Assembly: GCA_965247095.1 (NCBI GenBank) | Contig: OZ251997.1 | Location: 4,553,210-4,617,209 of the forward strand | Source: Candidatus Multivorans sp. | GTDB lineage: Bacteria; Acidobacteriota; Thermoanaerobaculia; Multivoradales; Multivoraceae | Length of the DNA stretch: 64,000 nucleotides | Direction of reading: 5' to 3' | Shown: piece after piece, positions 22,509 through 32,684 of the stretch | How positions within the stretch are numbered: position 1 is the stretch's first letter | How the letters are laid out: each line of letters opens with the position of its first letter | The notes under the pieces: generated by a model | Seen by the model: only the letters and a program-made list of their open reading frames with translations | What the model was told of the DNA's origin: nothing | The model's database searches: none | Position numbers and translations under genes: made by a program

Positions 22509-23383
22509 GTGGATGACGAACGGCTGTTGAGGTTGATCATGGAGTTGGAGGATGAACTATGGGCGCAAGGGATGGGCCCTAAGGAACGCCACTTCCATCT
22601 GCCTATCAGGGCGATGGAAGAGCTGGGTTATCGGAGTTTCGTTGTCGCGGGGTCCGGAACACCCCCGCTGCTGGCTCGTGTCCGTCAGATCCAGGGTGAG
22701 TTCTATCGGACCAGGGACGTTGAGATCGGCGGCGTACATGGGGGCGCGTTCATGTTCCGGGGTATTGCTGCCCAAGTCTACGTACCTTTGATCTACGGAA
22801 AGGTCAAGCTCGACCCGTTTGAATTCAATGACTTGTCGCGACGACAGGTGGAATGGCTGAGGTCTGACGAAACGACCGAGAGAAGTTACTTCGAGAACTT
22901 CTGCAACCTCTTTGACTTTGCCTCATGTCTCAGACCGGTTGCTGGACATCGCGAAGTAACGGACACAGCTTTGCCCTTGCTGCGGTTGGCTGCGTTTCAA
23001 GCGCAGAGTGCCGGCGCGACGCTCTGCGCTGCTTTCGATGAACGAGGGGCGATACAGAGTTCGTTGCTGGCGGCGGAGTTGTCGATGAAAGCGGTCTTGG
23101 TGGGAACCGGTGCCGAGGAGACCAGGCTGAAGGAGCTGGGACATGACCTCAAGGTCCTAGCCGAAGCTGTTGCGGACGCCTACGATGTGTTTGAGCTGTT
23201 GCCAGTGGTCGGACATTTGCAGACCCTGCCCAATTTTGTGCCGAACCGGTATTCGCGATGCAACCCGATCGTAGCGAGACAGGTAGGATTGTGATGGCGA
23301 GTCAAGCGATAGCGGGGGCGGTGGCTCGGGTCCTGACTGGGGGGAGCTTCAAGGCGTTGTGCAGGCGTGCTGAAGTGCCGTAG
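22509..23383 (+). pseudogene. Hypothetical protein with HEPN-like C-terminus, apparent frameshift near 23256
   Basis: AELSMKAVL..GHDL..NRYS; continues in another frame as MQPDRSETGRIVMASQAIAGAVAR to TAG 23383; lower GC. Confidence 0.5.
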
Positions 23384-23606
23384 AGACAGCTTGGAGCGTG
23401 CTCCAGTAGCTTGTCAGGTGATCGGGCTCACCGGGTGAGCCGGCTGATGCACCTCACCGGAGAAACCCAGTGAGCCTCTCTCGGGCCTCGTTCGCCTCGA
23501 GGCGTACACGTCGGCCGCCTGTGCAGTCTTGCGGGACCACCTCACCCGCGGTGTGTTCGTCACCATCGTCCCCCTCCTCTCCGGGAATTAGAACGGATCG
23601 CGAGCT

Positions 23607-24191
23607 CTACTGGACGAGCGCGAGATTGCCCATAGTCGCCGTGGTGCAGGAAACGTTGACGTGGACGGTGAGCAGGACCTCCTTCTCGCACTTGTAGTCC
23701 AGGAGCCGGTCGGTGCTTACGCGAAAGCCGGTAATCAGCTTGTCGTCCTCGAACACGCAGTGGTGCAAGAGGCTCCTGTCGCTGGGCGGCTCGAGCCTCC
23801 GCGCCTGGTTCTCGTCGGGGACGGTTAGCGCATCGAATAGTGTTTTCAACCTGTTGTCAATGTCGCCACCGTCCTTCACGATGTCGCCAGGGCCGCCAGG
23901 GCGGAGAAGCAGGATGTCGAGGTCGGCGACCAAGTGACTCATCTCGTAGACGACAGCGGAGAACCTTAGCCCCCCTCTTTCTTGAACCGCGCACCAGCGC
24001 TTGCCGCTTTCCTCTTCCAACTCTTTGTTCTCCAAGTAGCGCGTCCAGCAAAGCCACTCGCGGTGGTGTTTGAGCGGTGCTCGTTCCCAGAGGTCGTGCA
24101 ACTGTTCGTGAAACTTCATCCGCAGTTTGTGTTTCTCTCTCGCCCCTGCGTTGGACTTCAGCGGGCCTCTGTAGTGAAGCGTGAATCTCAC
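23607..24191 (-). CDS. RusA-like nuclease-fold protein
   Basis: DIDNRLKTLFDAL and EDDKLI match the RusA D.DN..K...D.L and DD motifs; GAGGAG RBS. Confidence 0.6.
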   Translation of the reverse strand: MRFTLHYRGPLKSNAGAREKHKLRMKFHEQLHDLWERAPLKHHREWLCWTRYLENKELEEESGKRWCAVQERGGLRFSAVVYEMSHLVADLDILLLRPGGPGDIVKDGGDIDNRLKTLFDALTVPDENQARRLEPPSDRSLLHHCVFEDDKLITGFRVSTDRLLDYKCEKEVLLTVHVNVSCTTATMGNLALVQ

Positions 24192-24291
24192 TATCGTCTC
24201 CTCTGCGTCAGCGGGTTGGACCTGGCACTCCGGGCCTTGGACCAGGAAGGCTTCCGGACGCGGGCAGCGCTCGTCCTCGCTTCAGCCGCGT

Positions 24292-24552
24292 CTAGAGCGA
24301 CTCGGCTCGGCGAGCCCTCGCCAGATTGTAGGCGCCCTGCATCCGCACCCAATGCCCGGCGTCGCTCCAGCCGAGGCGCTCCAGCGCCAGCGCCAGACGC
24401 GGGGATATGCCCGCTCTCCCGTTGACGACACGCGAGAGGGTGTTACGGGTCACCCCCAGTCGGGCGGCGGCGTCCGACACCGTCCATCCCTCGGCCTCAA
24501 GCGAGTCGCGGATGATCTCGCCTGGGTGCGCGGGGTCGCACATTGCGGACAT
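24292..24552 (-). CDS. higA: HigA-family antitoxin (XRE HTH), no intact toxin
   Basis: HPGEII..LGVTRNTLSRVVNG..ISPRLALALE..WVRMQ.AYNL. Confidence 0.88.
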   Translation of the reverse strand: MSAMCDPAHPGEIIRDSLEAEGWTVSDAAARLGVTRNTLSRVVNGRAGISPRLALALERLGWSDAGHWVRMQGAYNLARARRAESL

Positions 24553-24613
24553 GGCGGTTCCCTTGGTCGGAGTCGATCAGGGAGCCGTCGCGGTAGTTGG
24601 TCCCGCCATGATG

Positions 24614-24645
24614 CCGGATGCGGGCGAGACGCCCGCGTTCCCAGG
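24614..24645. repeat. REP-like palindrome
   Basis: ccggatgcgggcgagacgcccgcgttcccagg, identical to 32634-32665. Confidence 0.85.
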
Positions 24646-24675
24646 GGCAGATCGGGCCGGGGGTTGTCGGACCGT

Positions 24676-25671
24676 TCAGCCGTTGAACCGGAGCAGCATG
24701 GCGCCCCAGTGGAAGCCGGCGCCGAAGGAGGTCAGCAGCACCAGGTCGCCGGGGGAGATGCGGCCGTTGCGGTGGGCTTCCCACAGGGCCAGGGGCACGG
24801 AGGCGGAGCCGGTGTTGCCGTACTCCTGGAGATTCGTGTAGACCTTGTCCATCGGAGCGGAGAGGTTCTTGGCGACCGCCTGGATGATCCGCAGGTTCGC
24901 CTGGTGGGGTATGACCATCGCGATGTCATCGAGCTTGACGCCCACCTTGTCGAGCACTTCGCGGCTGACCTCAGACATGCGGTGGACGGCGTGGCGGAAC
25001 AGGGCCGGGCCGTCCATTTCGAGCTTCATATGCTCTTCCCTTTGTGCTCGCTCGAGCGAAAACGGCTTGCGGGTGCCGCCGATCTGGAGGGTCAGGATCT
25101 TCCACTGGCTGTTGTCGGTGCCGGTGCTGGAGCCGAGGATCTCGGCCATCTGCTGCCCTTTCTCGACGATCACGCAGGCGGCGGCGTCGCCGAACAGGAC
25201 GCACGTTTCGCGGATCTTCCAACTCACGAGCCGCGAAATGAGTTCGACACCGATCACCAGGACCCGTTGGGTGCCGGTGAGTACGCGCGAGCGGGCGATG
25301 TCGACCGCTTGGACCCACCCGGCGCAGCCGCTTCCGCCGAGGTCGTAGGTGGGAATCTCACGCGCGCCGATCATGCGCTGGACGAAGGAGGCGGTGTCCG
25401 GCGTGTAGACCTCGGGCGTGTCGGTCGCGACGATGATCTCGTCGAGCTCCTCGGCGCCGATGCCGCGGCTCTCAAGCGCCGAGTTCGCGGCGGCGGTGGC
25501 GAGATCCGCGGTCGATTCGCCCTCGGCGGCGAAGCGGCGCCGGTGAATGCCGGTCCGCGCGACGATCCACTCGTCGGAGGTGTCTACGTGTTCGGTCCAG
25601 TCCTCGTTCGTCATCACGCGCTCCGGCACGTAGCCGCCGAAGCCGCTGATTCCCACTGTGTTGTTCGTCAA
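24676..25671 (-). CDS. fabH: 3-oxoacyl-ACP synthase III
   Basis: DTSDEWIVARTGI, GSGCAG, PHQAN.RI, YGNTGSAS, FGAGFHWG; TTG start after GGAG. Confidence 0.92.
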   Translation of the reverse strand: MTNNTVGISGFGGYVPERVMTNEDWTEHVDTSDEWIVARTGIHRRRFAAEGESTADLATAAANSALESRGIGAEELDEIIVATDTPEVYTPDTASFVQRMIGAREIPTYDLGGSGCAGWVQAVDIARSRVLTGTQRVLVIGVELISRLVSWKIRETCVLFGDAAACVIVEKGQQMAEILGSSTGTDNSQWKILTLQIGGTRKPFSLERAQREEHMKLEMDGPALFRHAVHRMSEVSREVLDKVGVKLDDIAMVIPHQANLRIIQAVAKNLSAPMDKVYTNLQEYGNTGSASVPLALWEAHRNGRISPGDLVLLTSFGAGFHWGAMLLRFNG

Positions 25672-25754
25672 ATGGTCTCCTGGGGGCCGGGAGTGGCCGG
25701 GGTTCTTCTCACGGTACCACCCCCTGGCGAGCAGTCGTTCGACGGCGAGTTCCG

Positions 25755-26930
25755 CTAGTCGTCGTCCAAGAGCTCGGCGAGCACTTCGTCGGTGTCGGCC
25801 CCGCATGTGGGCGGCGACTTCCGGTAGGTCACCGGCGTCTCGGACATCCTGATCGGGTTGGCGACCATCTTGACGCTGCCGCTTCCGGCCAGCGGGTGCG
25901 GCATGTCGATCGTCATGCCGCGGGCCTGTGCCTGGTCGGAGGCGAGCGCCTCTTCCAGGTTGTGGATCGGGCCGCCGGGCACGCCGCGGGCTTCCAGGCC
26001 GTCCAGTACCTCAGCGCTGGTCAGCTTGCGCACGCGGCGGGACAGCTCGGCTACCAACTCGTCCCGATGGGCGAGCCGGCCGGCGTTCGTGCGGTAGCGC
26101 TCGTCGGACGCGAGTTCGGGGGCGTCGAGGAGATCGCAGAACCGCTCGTACTGCGCGTCGTTGCCGACCGCGACGATGACGTGGCCGTCGGCGGTCTCGA
26201 AGACGCCGTAGGGGACGATGTTCGGGTGCTCGTTGCCGCGCCGGCGGGGCACCTCTCCGGAGGTCAGGTAGTTCGTGCCCTCGTTGACCAGCCAGGCCAT
26301 CTGCGTGTCGACCAGGGCGAGGTCGATGTACTGGCCGCTGCCGGTGCGGTCGCGGTGCCGCAGCGCCGCCAGGATCGCGGTCGCGGCGTACATGCCGCAC
26401 ACGATGTCGGCGATGCCGACGCCGACCTTCATCGGTTCGCCGTCCGGTTCGCCGGTCAGGCTCATGATGCCGCCGTAGCCCTGGGCGAGGAGGTCGTAGC
26501 CGGCGCGGTGAGCGTTCGGGCCGGTCTGGCCGAAGCCGGTGATCGAGCAGTAGACGAGCCCGGGCAGATCGTCCTTCAGGTCGGCGTAGCCGAGGCCGTA
26601 GCGGTGGAGGGCGCCGACCTTGAAGTTCTCGATCAGCACGTCCGAGCGGGCGGCGAGGCGTCGCACCAGGTCCGCGCCTTCGGTGGTGGCGAGGTCGACC
26701 GCGACGGAGCGCTTGTTCCGGTTGGCGCAGAGATAGTAGGCGCTCTCGCTCGTGTCCTCGCCGTCCGCGCCGCGCACGAAGGGTGGCCCCCAGGTTCGCG
26801 TGTCGTCGCCGCGGCCGGGCCGTTCGATCTTGATCACGTCCGCGCCGAGGTCGCCGAGCAACTGGGTGCATGTCGGACCCGCGAGGATGCGGGTCAGGTC
26901 GAGGATGCGGAGACCGTCGAGCGCTGGCAT
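25755..26930 (-). CDS. CaiB/BaiF family III CoA-transferase
   Basis: LAGPTC..LGADVIKIE, NRNKRS, ENFK, GFGQTGP, GYD. Confidence 0.93.
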   Translation of the reverse strand: MPALDGLRILDLTRILAGPTCTQLLGDLGADVIKIERPGRGDDTRTWGPPFVRGADGEDTSESAYYLCANRNKRSVAVDLATTEGADLVRRLAARSDVLIENFKVGALHRYGLGYADLKDDLPGLVYCSITGFGQTGPNAHRAGYDLLAQGYGGIMSLTGEPDGEPMKVGVGIADIVCGMYAATAILAALRHRDRTGSGQYIDLALVDTQMAWLVNEGTNYLTSGEVPRRRGNEHPNIVPYGVFETADGHVIVAVGNDAQYERFCDLLDAPELASDERYRTNAGRLAHRDELVAELSRRVRKLTSAEVLDGLEARGVPGGPIHNLEEALASDQAQARGMTIDMPHPLAGSGSVKMVANPIRMSETPVTYRKSPPTCGADTDEVLAELLDDD

Positions 26931-26955
26931 GTTTCGTAGCATACGATTCCGCGCA
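26931..26955. promoter_or_regulatory. Candidate bidirectional leaderless promoter
   Basis: 25-bp gap between divergent ATGs; TACGAT (+, 26942-47) lies 8 nt before ATG 26956 and TATGCT (-, 26938-43) lies 7 nt before ATG 26930; no SD. Confidence 0.6.
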
Positions 26956-28613
<1,658 letters not shown>

Positions 28614-28617
<4 letters not shown>

Positions 28618-30353
28618 GCAAGAGAACCGGCCTCGTCTTCCTTTCTTCACTCCTTGTCCTCGGAGCGGCGCCTCTGAGCGCCCAGCAGCCCGAGCCGGCG
28701 GCCAGGGTCATCCAGGAGTCCGTCGACGTCGAAGTCGTGAACATCGACGTGCATGTCACCGATCGGCAGGGGGCGCCCATCACGGGCCTGGCCGTGGCCG
28801 ACTTCCAGGTCTTCGAACACGGCCGCCGGGTCGACCCGGTGAACTTCTACGAGGTCGTGGGCGATGATCCGGACGCCACGACGCCGATCTGGCTCATCCT
28901 GTACTTCGATCAGCACAACATGCTGTCCGCGAACCGTGACCGGGCGCTGGCGGAACTAGAGGTCGACCTGCCGGCGGTGCTGGAAGATGGCCGGGTGCGG
29001 GTGATGGTCGCCGCGCACGACCAGGCGCCGCGGGTGCTCCAGAGCTTCACCCGCAATTGGGGATCGATCCGGAGCGCGCTGGCCAGTCTGAAGGGGCAGG
29101 AGACGGTCGGCGATTTGCGGGACGGCCTGCGTCAGAGCGCTCAGCTCTCGGTGACCGATGCGTTCCAAAAAATGCGTGGTTCCGACCGCCTGGACCGCCA
29201 GAACGCGGCTCTGGCCATCGACGCTTTGCTGGCGCAGATGCGGAACTACGCGCGCGAGATCTATGCCGACTCGGAGAGCAGCTTCGAGGCGCTGGGCAAC
29301 TTCGTGCGCACGCTGTCCTGGCTCGAGGGCCGCAAGGCCTTGATCTACGTGTCGGACGGCGTAGCGGAGCGGCCGCTGGGTTCCCTGATGGAGCATCTCC
29401 AGGATCTGCTGACGGGTAGCGCCAGCACCTCCGGCGCCCTGGTCGAAACCCGGCTCGGCGGCCAGGCCGGAGGCACCCCGGGTACCGGCGGCGTCTTCGA
29501 CCGGGACACGAGCATGGAGGCCGGCCGCCTCCAGCAGGAGGTGGAGCAGTACCGGGCGACGGCGACCATCCGCGCCATCGTCGCGGAGGCGAACACCTAC
29601 GGCGTGACGCTGTTCGCGGCCAAGCCGCCGCCGGGCGACGCAGCGACGAGTGCCCGGCGTTCCAAGGGTCGGGGCTCGTTGCTCGAGATCTCGGACTACC
29701 GGGAGGCGCTGCACGGCCTGGCCGAGGGCACGGGCGGATTCGCCCGCACCGGCGGCGGGAGGCTCGGCGGCTTCCTGCCCCGGGCCGTCGGCGGCATGCA
29801 GTCGTACTACTCGCTCGGTCTGTCCTCGGCGGACAAGGTCGAAGGCGAGTTCACCGCCATCGAGATCAAGGTCAAGGGGGGCCGGGGCGTCAACGCGAAC
29901 TACCGGCAGAGCTACATCAAGAAGGGCATCCGGTCCCGCATCTCGGAGCGGGCGCTGGCTGCCGTGGTCATCGGCGAAAGCGACAACCCCCACCGGCTGG
30001 AGGTCCACGTCGACGCGATCGTTCCCGTCGAGGAGCTCGATCTGTTCGAGGTCTCGATGTGGGTCGAGTTTCCGATCGGCAACATAGAACTCGTCGAACT
30101 AGACGGTATGCACAGCGCCTCCGCCCGCCTGGTCGTCGTGGCAATGGACGACGACGACCAGTTGACGGCGGCGCAGCACCTCGACGTGCCGCTGCAGGTG
30201 CCGTCCGAAACGCTGGCGGATGCCCTGGAGAGCCACTACCGCGCCGGCTTGACCCTGCGGCTGCCGGAGGGCCGGCAGCGGATCGCCCTGGGACTCTGGG
30301 ACCAGACGGCACGGGCGGGTTCCGTGCTGACCGACGCACTGACCGTGGAGTGA
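28614..30353 (+). CDS. VWFA-related secreted protein (Acidobacterial type)
   Basis: Signal peptide, VEVVNIDVHVTDRQG.PITGL, GRKALIYVSDG, LAEGTGG, YYSLG. Confidence 0.8.
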
Positions 30354-30355
30354 AA

Positions 30356-31129
30356 ATGATGAAGAACCTGTTCGACGTTTCCGGCAAGGTGGCGGTGGTC
30401 ACCGGCGGCTCCCGCGGCATCGGCGCGATGATCGCCCGCGGCTACGTGGAGAACGGCGTGCGCACCTACATCAGCTCGCGCAAGGCCGCCGTCTGCGACG
30501 CGATGGCCGACGAACTGAGCGCCTACGGCGAGTGCATCTCGCTGCCGAACGACCTCGCTTCGGTCGAGGGCGTTGAACGCTTCTGCGCCGAGTTCCGGGA
30601 GCGCGAGGAGAAGCTCGACATCCTGGTCAACAACGCCGGCGCAGCCTGGGGCGCGCCGCTCGAAGAGTTCCCCGAGTCGGGTTGGGACAAGGTGATGGAC
30701 ATCAACCTGAAGGGACCCTTCTTCCTGACGGTGCGGTTGCTGCCGGAGCTGCGCGCGGCGGCGACCACCGACGACCCGGCGCGGGTGATCAACATCGCCT
30801 CGATCGATGGCCTGCACCTCAACCCGGCGGAGCACTACCCGTACAGCGCCAGCAAGGCCGGGATGATCCACCTCACGCGCGCCCTGGCCCGCCGGCTCGC
30901 GCCCGAGGACATCACGGTTAACGCGGTCTGCCCCGGGCCGTTCGAGAGCAAGATGATGGAGTACAACCTGAAGAAGTTCGGCGACGAGATCCGGGCGCGG
31001 AACCCGAGAAAAAGGATCGGCACGCCGGAAGACATGGCCGGTGTCGCGATCTACCTGGCTTCCCGCGCCGCGGCGTACGTCACCGGCGCCGCCATCCCGG
31101 TCGACGGCGGCATCTTCGCGGTGAGTTGA
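30356..31129 (+). CDS. Short-chain dehydrogenase/reductase
   Basis: TGGSRGIG, NNAG, YSASK. Confidence 0.93.
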   Translation: MMKNLFDVSGKVAVVTGGSRGIGAMIARGYVENGVRTYISSRKAAVCDAMADELSAYGECISLPNDLASVEGVERFCAEFREREEKLDILVNNAGAAWGAPLEEFPESGWDKVMDINLKGPFFLTVRLLPELRAAATTDDPARVINIASIDGLHLNPAEHYPYSASKAGMIHLTRALARRLAPEDITVNAVCPGPFESKMMEYNLKKFGDEIRARNPRKRIGTPEDMAGVAIYLASRAAAYVTGAAIPVDGGIFAVS

Positions 31130-31278
31130 GATTCGAGAACGGTCTTTCGCTGTCCCAGGCCGCCAAGGTCGCCGCGATGGTTCCGGAGGACTTCATCGCT
31201 CTCCTGGGCGAGGCAGGCATCCCCGCGGTTGACTATCCGCCCGAAGAGTTGAAGGAGGAGACCGCCGCGGCCGGATGA
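31126..31278 (+). pseudogene. UPF0175-family antitoxin-like protein, probably 5'-truncated
   Basis: FENGLSLSQAAKVAAMVPEDFIALLGEAGIPAVDYPPEELKEE; not in the ORF track. Confidence 0.65.
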
Positions 31279-31356
31279 GCGGAGTGCCCGGGAGCCGGCT
31301 ATCGGCTGTCTACGCAGCTCGTTGCGGAGGTGTTGGCGGCAGCGGGCGAGGAGTAG
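31275..31356 (+). pseudogene. DUF3368-type PIN toxin remnant (internal deletion)
   Basis: ATGA overlap start (MSGV) and, in another frame, the C-terminus AGYRLSTQLVAEVLAAAGEE*. Confidence 0.55.
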
Positions 31357-31359
31357 CGC

Positions 31360-31767
31360 TCAGTCCTCGTCGCCGCTGAGGCTGCAGATGCCGTTGCCCT
31401 TGGCGGCGATGTAGAGGAACACGAAGCAGAAGAGAACGGCAGTTTCGCCGCGGTTCGCGAGCGGCATCAGAGCGTGCCAGATCGGCTGGTCGTCGCCGAG
31501 CCGGGTGGCGTGGCCGAGGACGTAGGCGAAGGCCATCAGGCCGCTGGCGAGAAAGGCCGCGTAGCGGGTGTAGAGGCCGAGCATGATCATGGCGCCGCCG
31601 ATCAGTTCGATCGGTCCGGCGATGTAGAGGATGAAGGCCGGGGCGTCGGGAGTGTCCAGCGGGAAGCCGAGCAGCTTCTGCGCGCCGTGCCAGAGGAACA
31701 GGAAGCCGGCGAAGATCCGCATCGCGGCGTAGGTCTGGGGCTGGCAGTTCCTGAACGAGTCGAGCAT
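31360..31767 (-). CDS. DoxX family membrane protein
   Basis: HGAQKLLG, ELIGG..LGLYTR.AAFLASGLMA.AY. Confidence 0.9.
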   Translation of the reverse strand: MLDSFRNCQPQTYAAMRIFAGFLFLWHGAQKLLGFPLDTPDAPAFILYIAGPIELIGGAMIMLGLYTRYAAFLASGLMAFAYVLGHATRLGDDQPIWHALMPLANRGETAVLFCFVFLYIAAKGNGICSLSGDED

Positions 31768-31800
31768 CGCGTCCCTCCCTGGGCTGTTGTGGGTTCTAGC

Positions 31801-32616
31801 CTAGCGTCTGAGTGAGCGCTCCAGTGGAGCCAGGAGTTCTTCGTTGCGGCTGGCGAACAGCAGGCGGTGCGGGCGGTCCTTGATCAGGCTGCGCTCGAAG
31901 GGGACGATCCGGAATGCCCAGTTCCGGAGCGCGGGAAACTCCTCGAAGTTGCGGTGGATCGTGAACACGCCGACGGTGTCCTCGTGTGAGATCGACTCGA
32001 ACTCGCTCCAGAAGTCGGCAAGCGACCAGTGGAAGCCGGCTGCGTAGAAGGAGTAGACGAGGTCGTACGGGCCGGGCAGGGCGTCGAGTCGGTGATCCAG
32101 GTCGTGGGCGTCGAAGATCCGGAAGTGCGGGACTTCGTTGTACTCCAGCACCTCTCTGAGAGTGCTCAGGTCGCCGCAGAACGATCGGTCCGTGCGCTCC
32201 GCGCTACGGGGATAGTCGATCCGCGGGCCGTCGCCGTCGTAGAGATGGAACTCCGTTTCCGCCCAGCCGAGGGCGTGCCGGAAGAAGGCGGTCGAGCGGC
32301 CGAGGCCGCAGCCGATGTCCAGTGCCTTGTTCGGCTGGGGCATGGCTCGGAGAACGGGCGCCGCGGCATCGAACTCGCCCCAGCAGGACCCGTTCTGGGT
32401 CAATTCCCAGAACGACCGCGAGGTCTCCCCGGGCTCGAGGTGAAACTGGGGCGACAGGCGGGCGATCGCCGCCACCATCTCCGCCGTCATCGGCGGCGAG
32501 CGGAAGTGCCGCGCCCGCAACCGGAAATGCGGGTGGATGTCGGCTTCGGAGAGTTCGCGACCTGTGCGCTTGCGCCACTCGGCGCGCAGGCGGGGCAGCA
32601 GGTAGCTGACGTTCAT
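31801..32616 (-). CDS. Class I SAM-dependent methyltransferase
   Basis: LDIGCGLGRS, YDLVYSF. Confidence 0.8.
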   Translation of the reverse strand: MNVSYLLPRLRAEWRKRTGRELSEADIHPHFRLRARHFRSPPMTAEMVAAIARLSPQFHLEPGETSRSFWELTQNGSCWGEFDAAAPVLRAMPQPNKALDIGCGLGRSTAFFRHALGWAETEFHLYDGDGPRIDYPRSAERTDRSFCGDLSTLREVLEYNEVPHFRIFDAHDLDHRLDALPGPYDLVYSFYAAGFHWSLADFWSEFESISHEDTVGVFTIHRNFEEFPALRNWAFRIVPFERSLIKDRPHRLLFASRNEELLAPLERSLRR

Positions 32617-32633
32617 GGCCGAAGAACCCCTAG

Positions 32634-32665
32634 CCGGATGCGGGCGAGACGCCCGCGTTCCCAGG
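32634..32665. repeat. REP-like palindrome
   Basis: Identical to 24614-24645. Confidence 0.85.
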
Positions 32666-32684
32666 ACGGATCGTAGGCACGCTG

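Noticed and set aside
24553-24612. higB toxin remnant upstream of higA
   Set aside because: Only a weak LIDSD resemblance to a HigB C-terminus; insufficient
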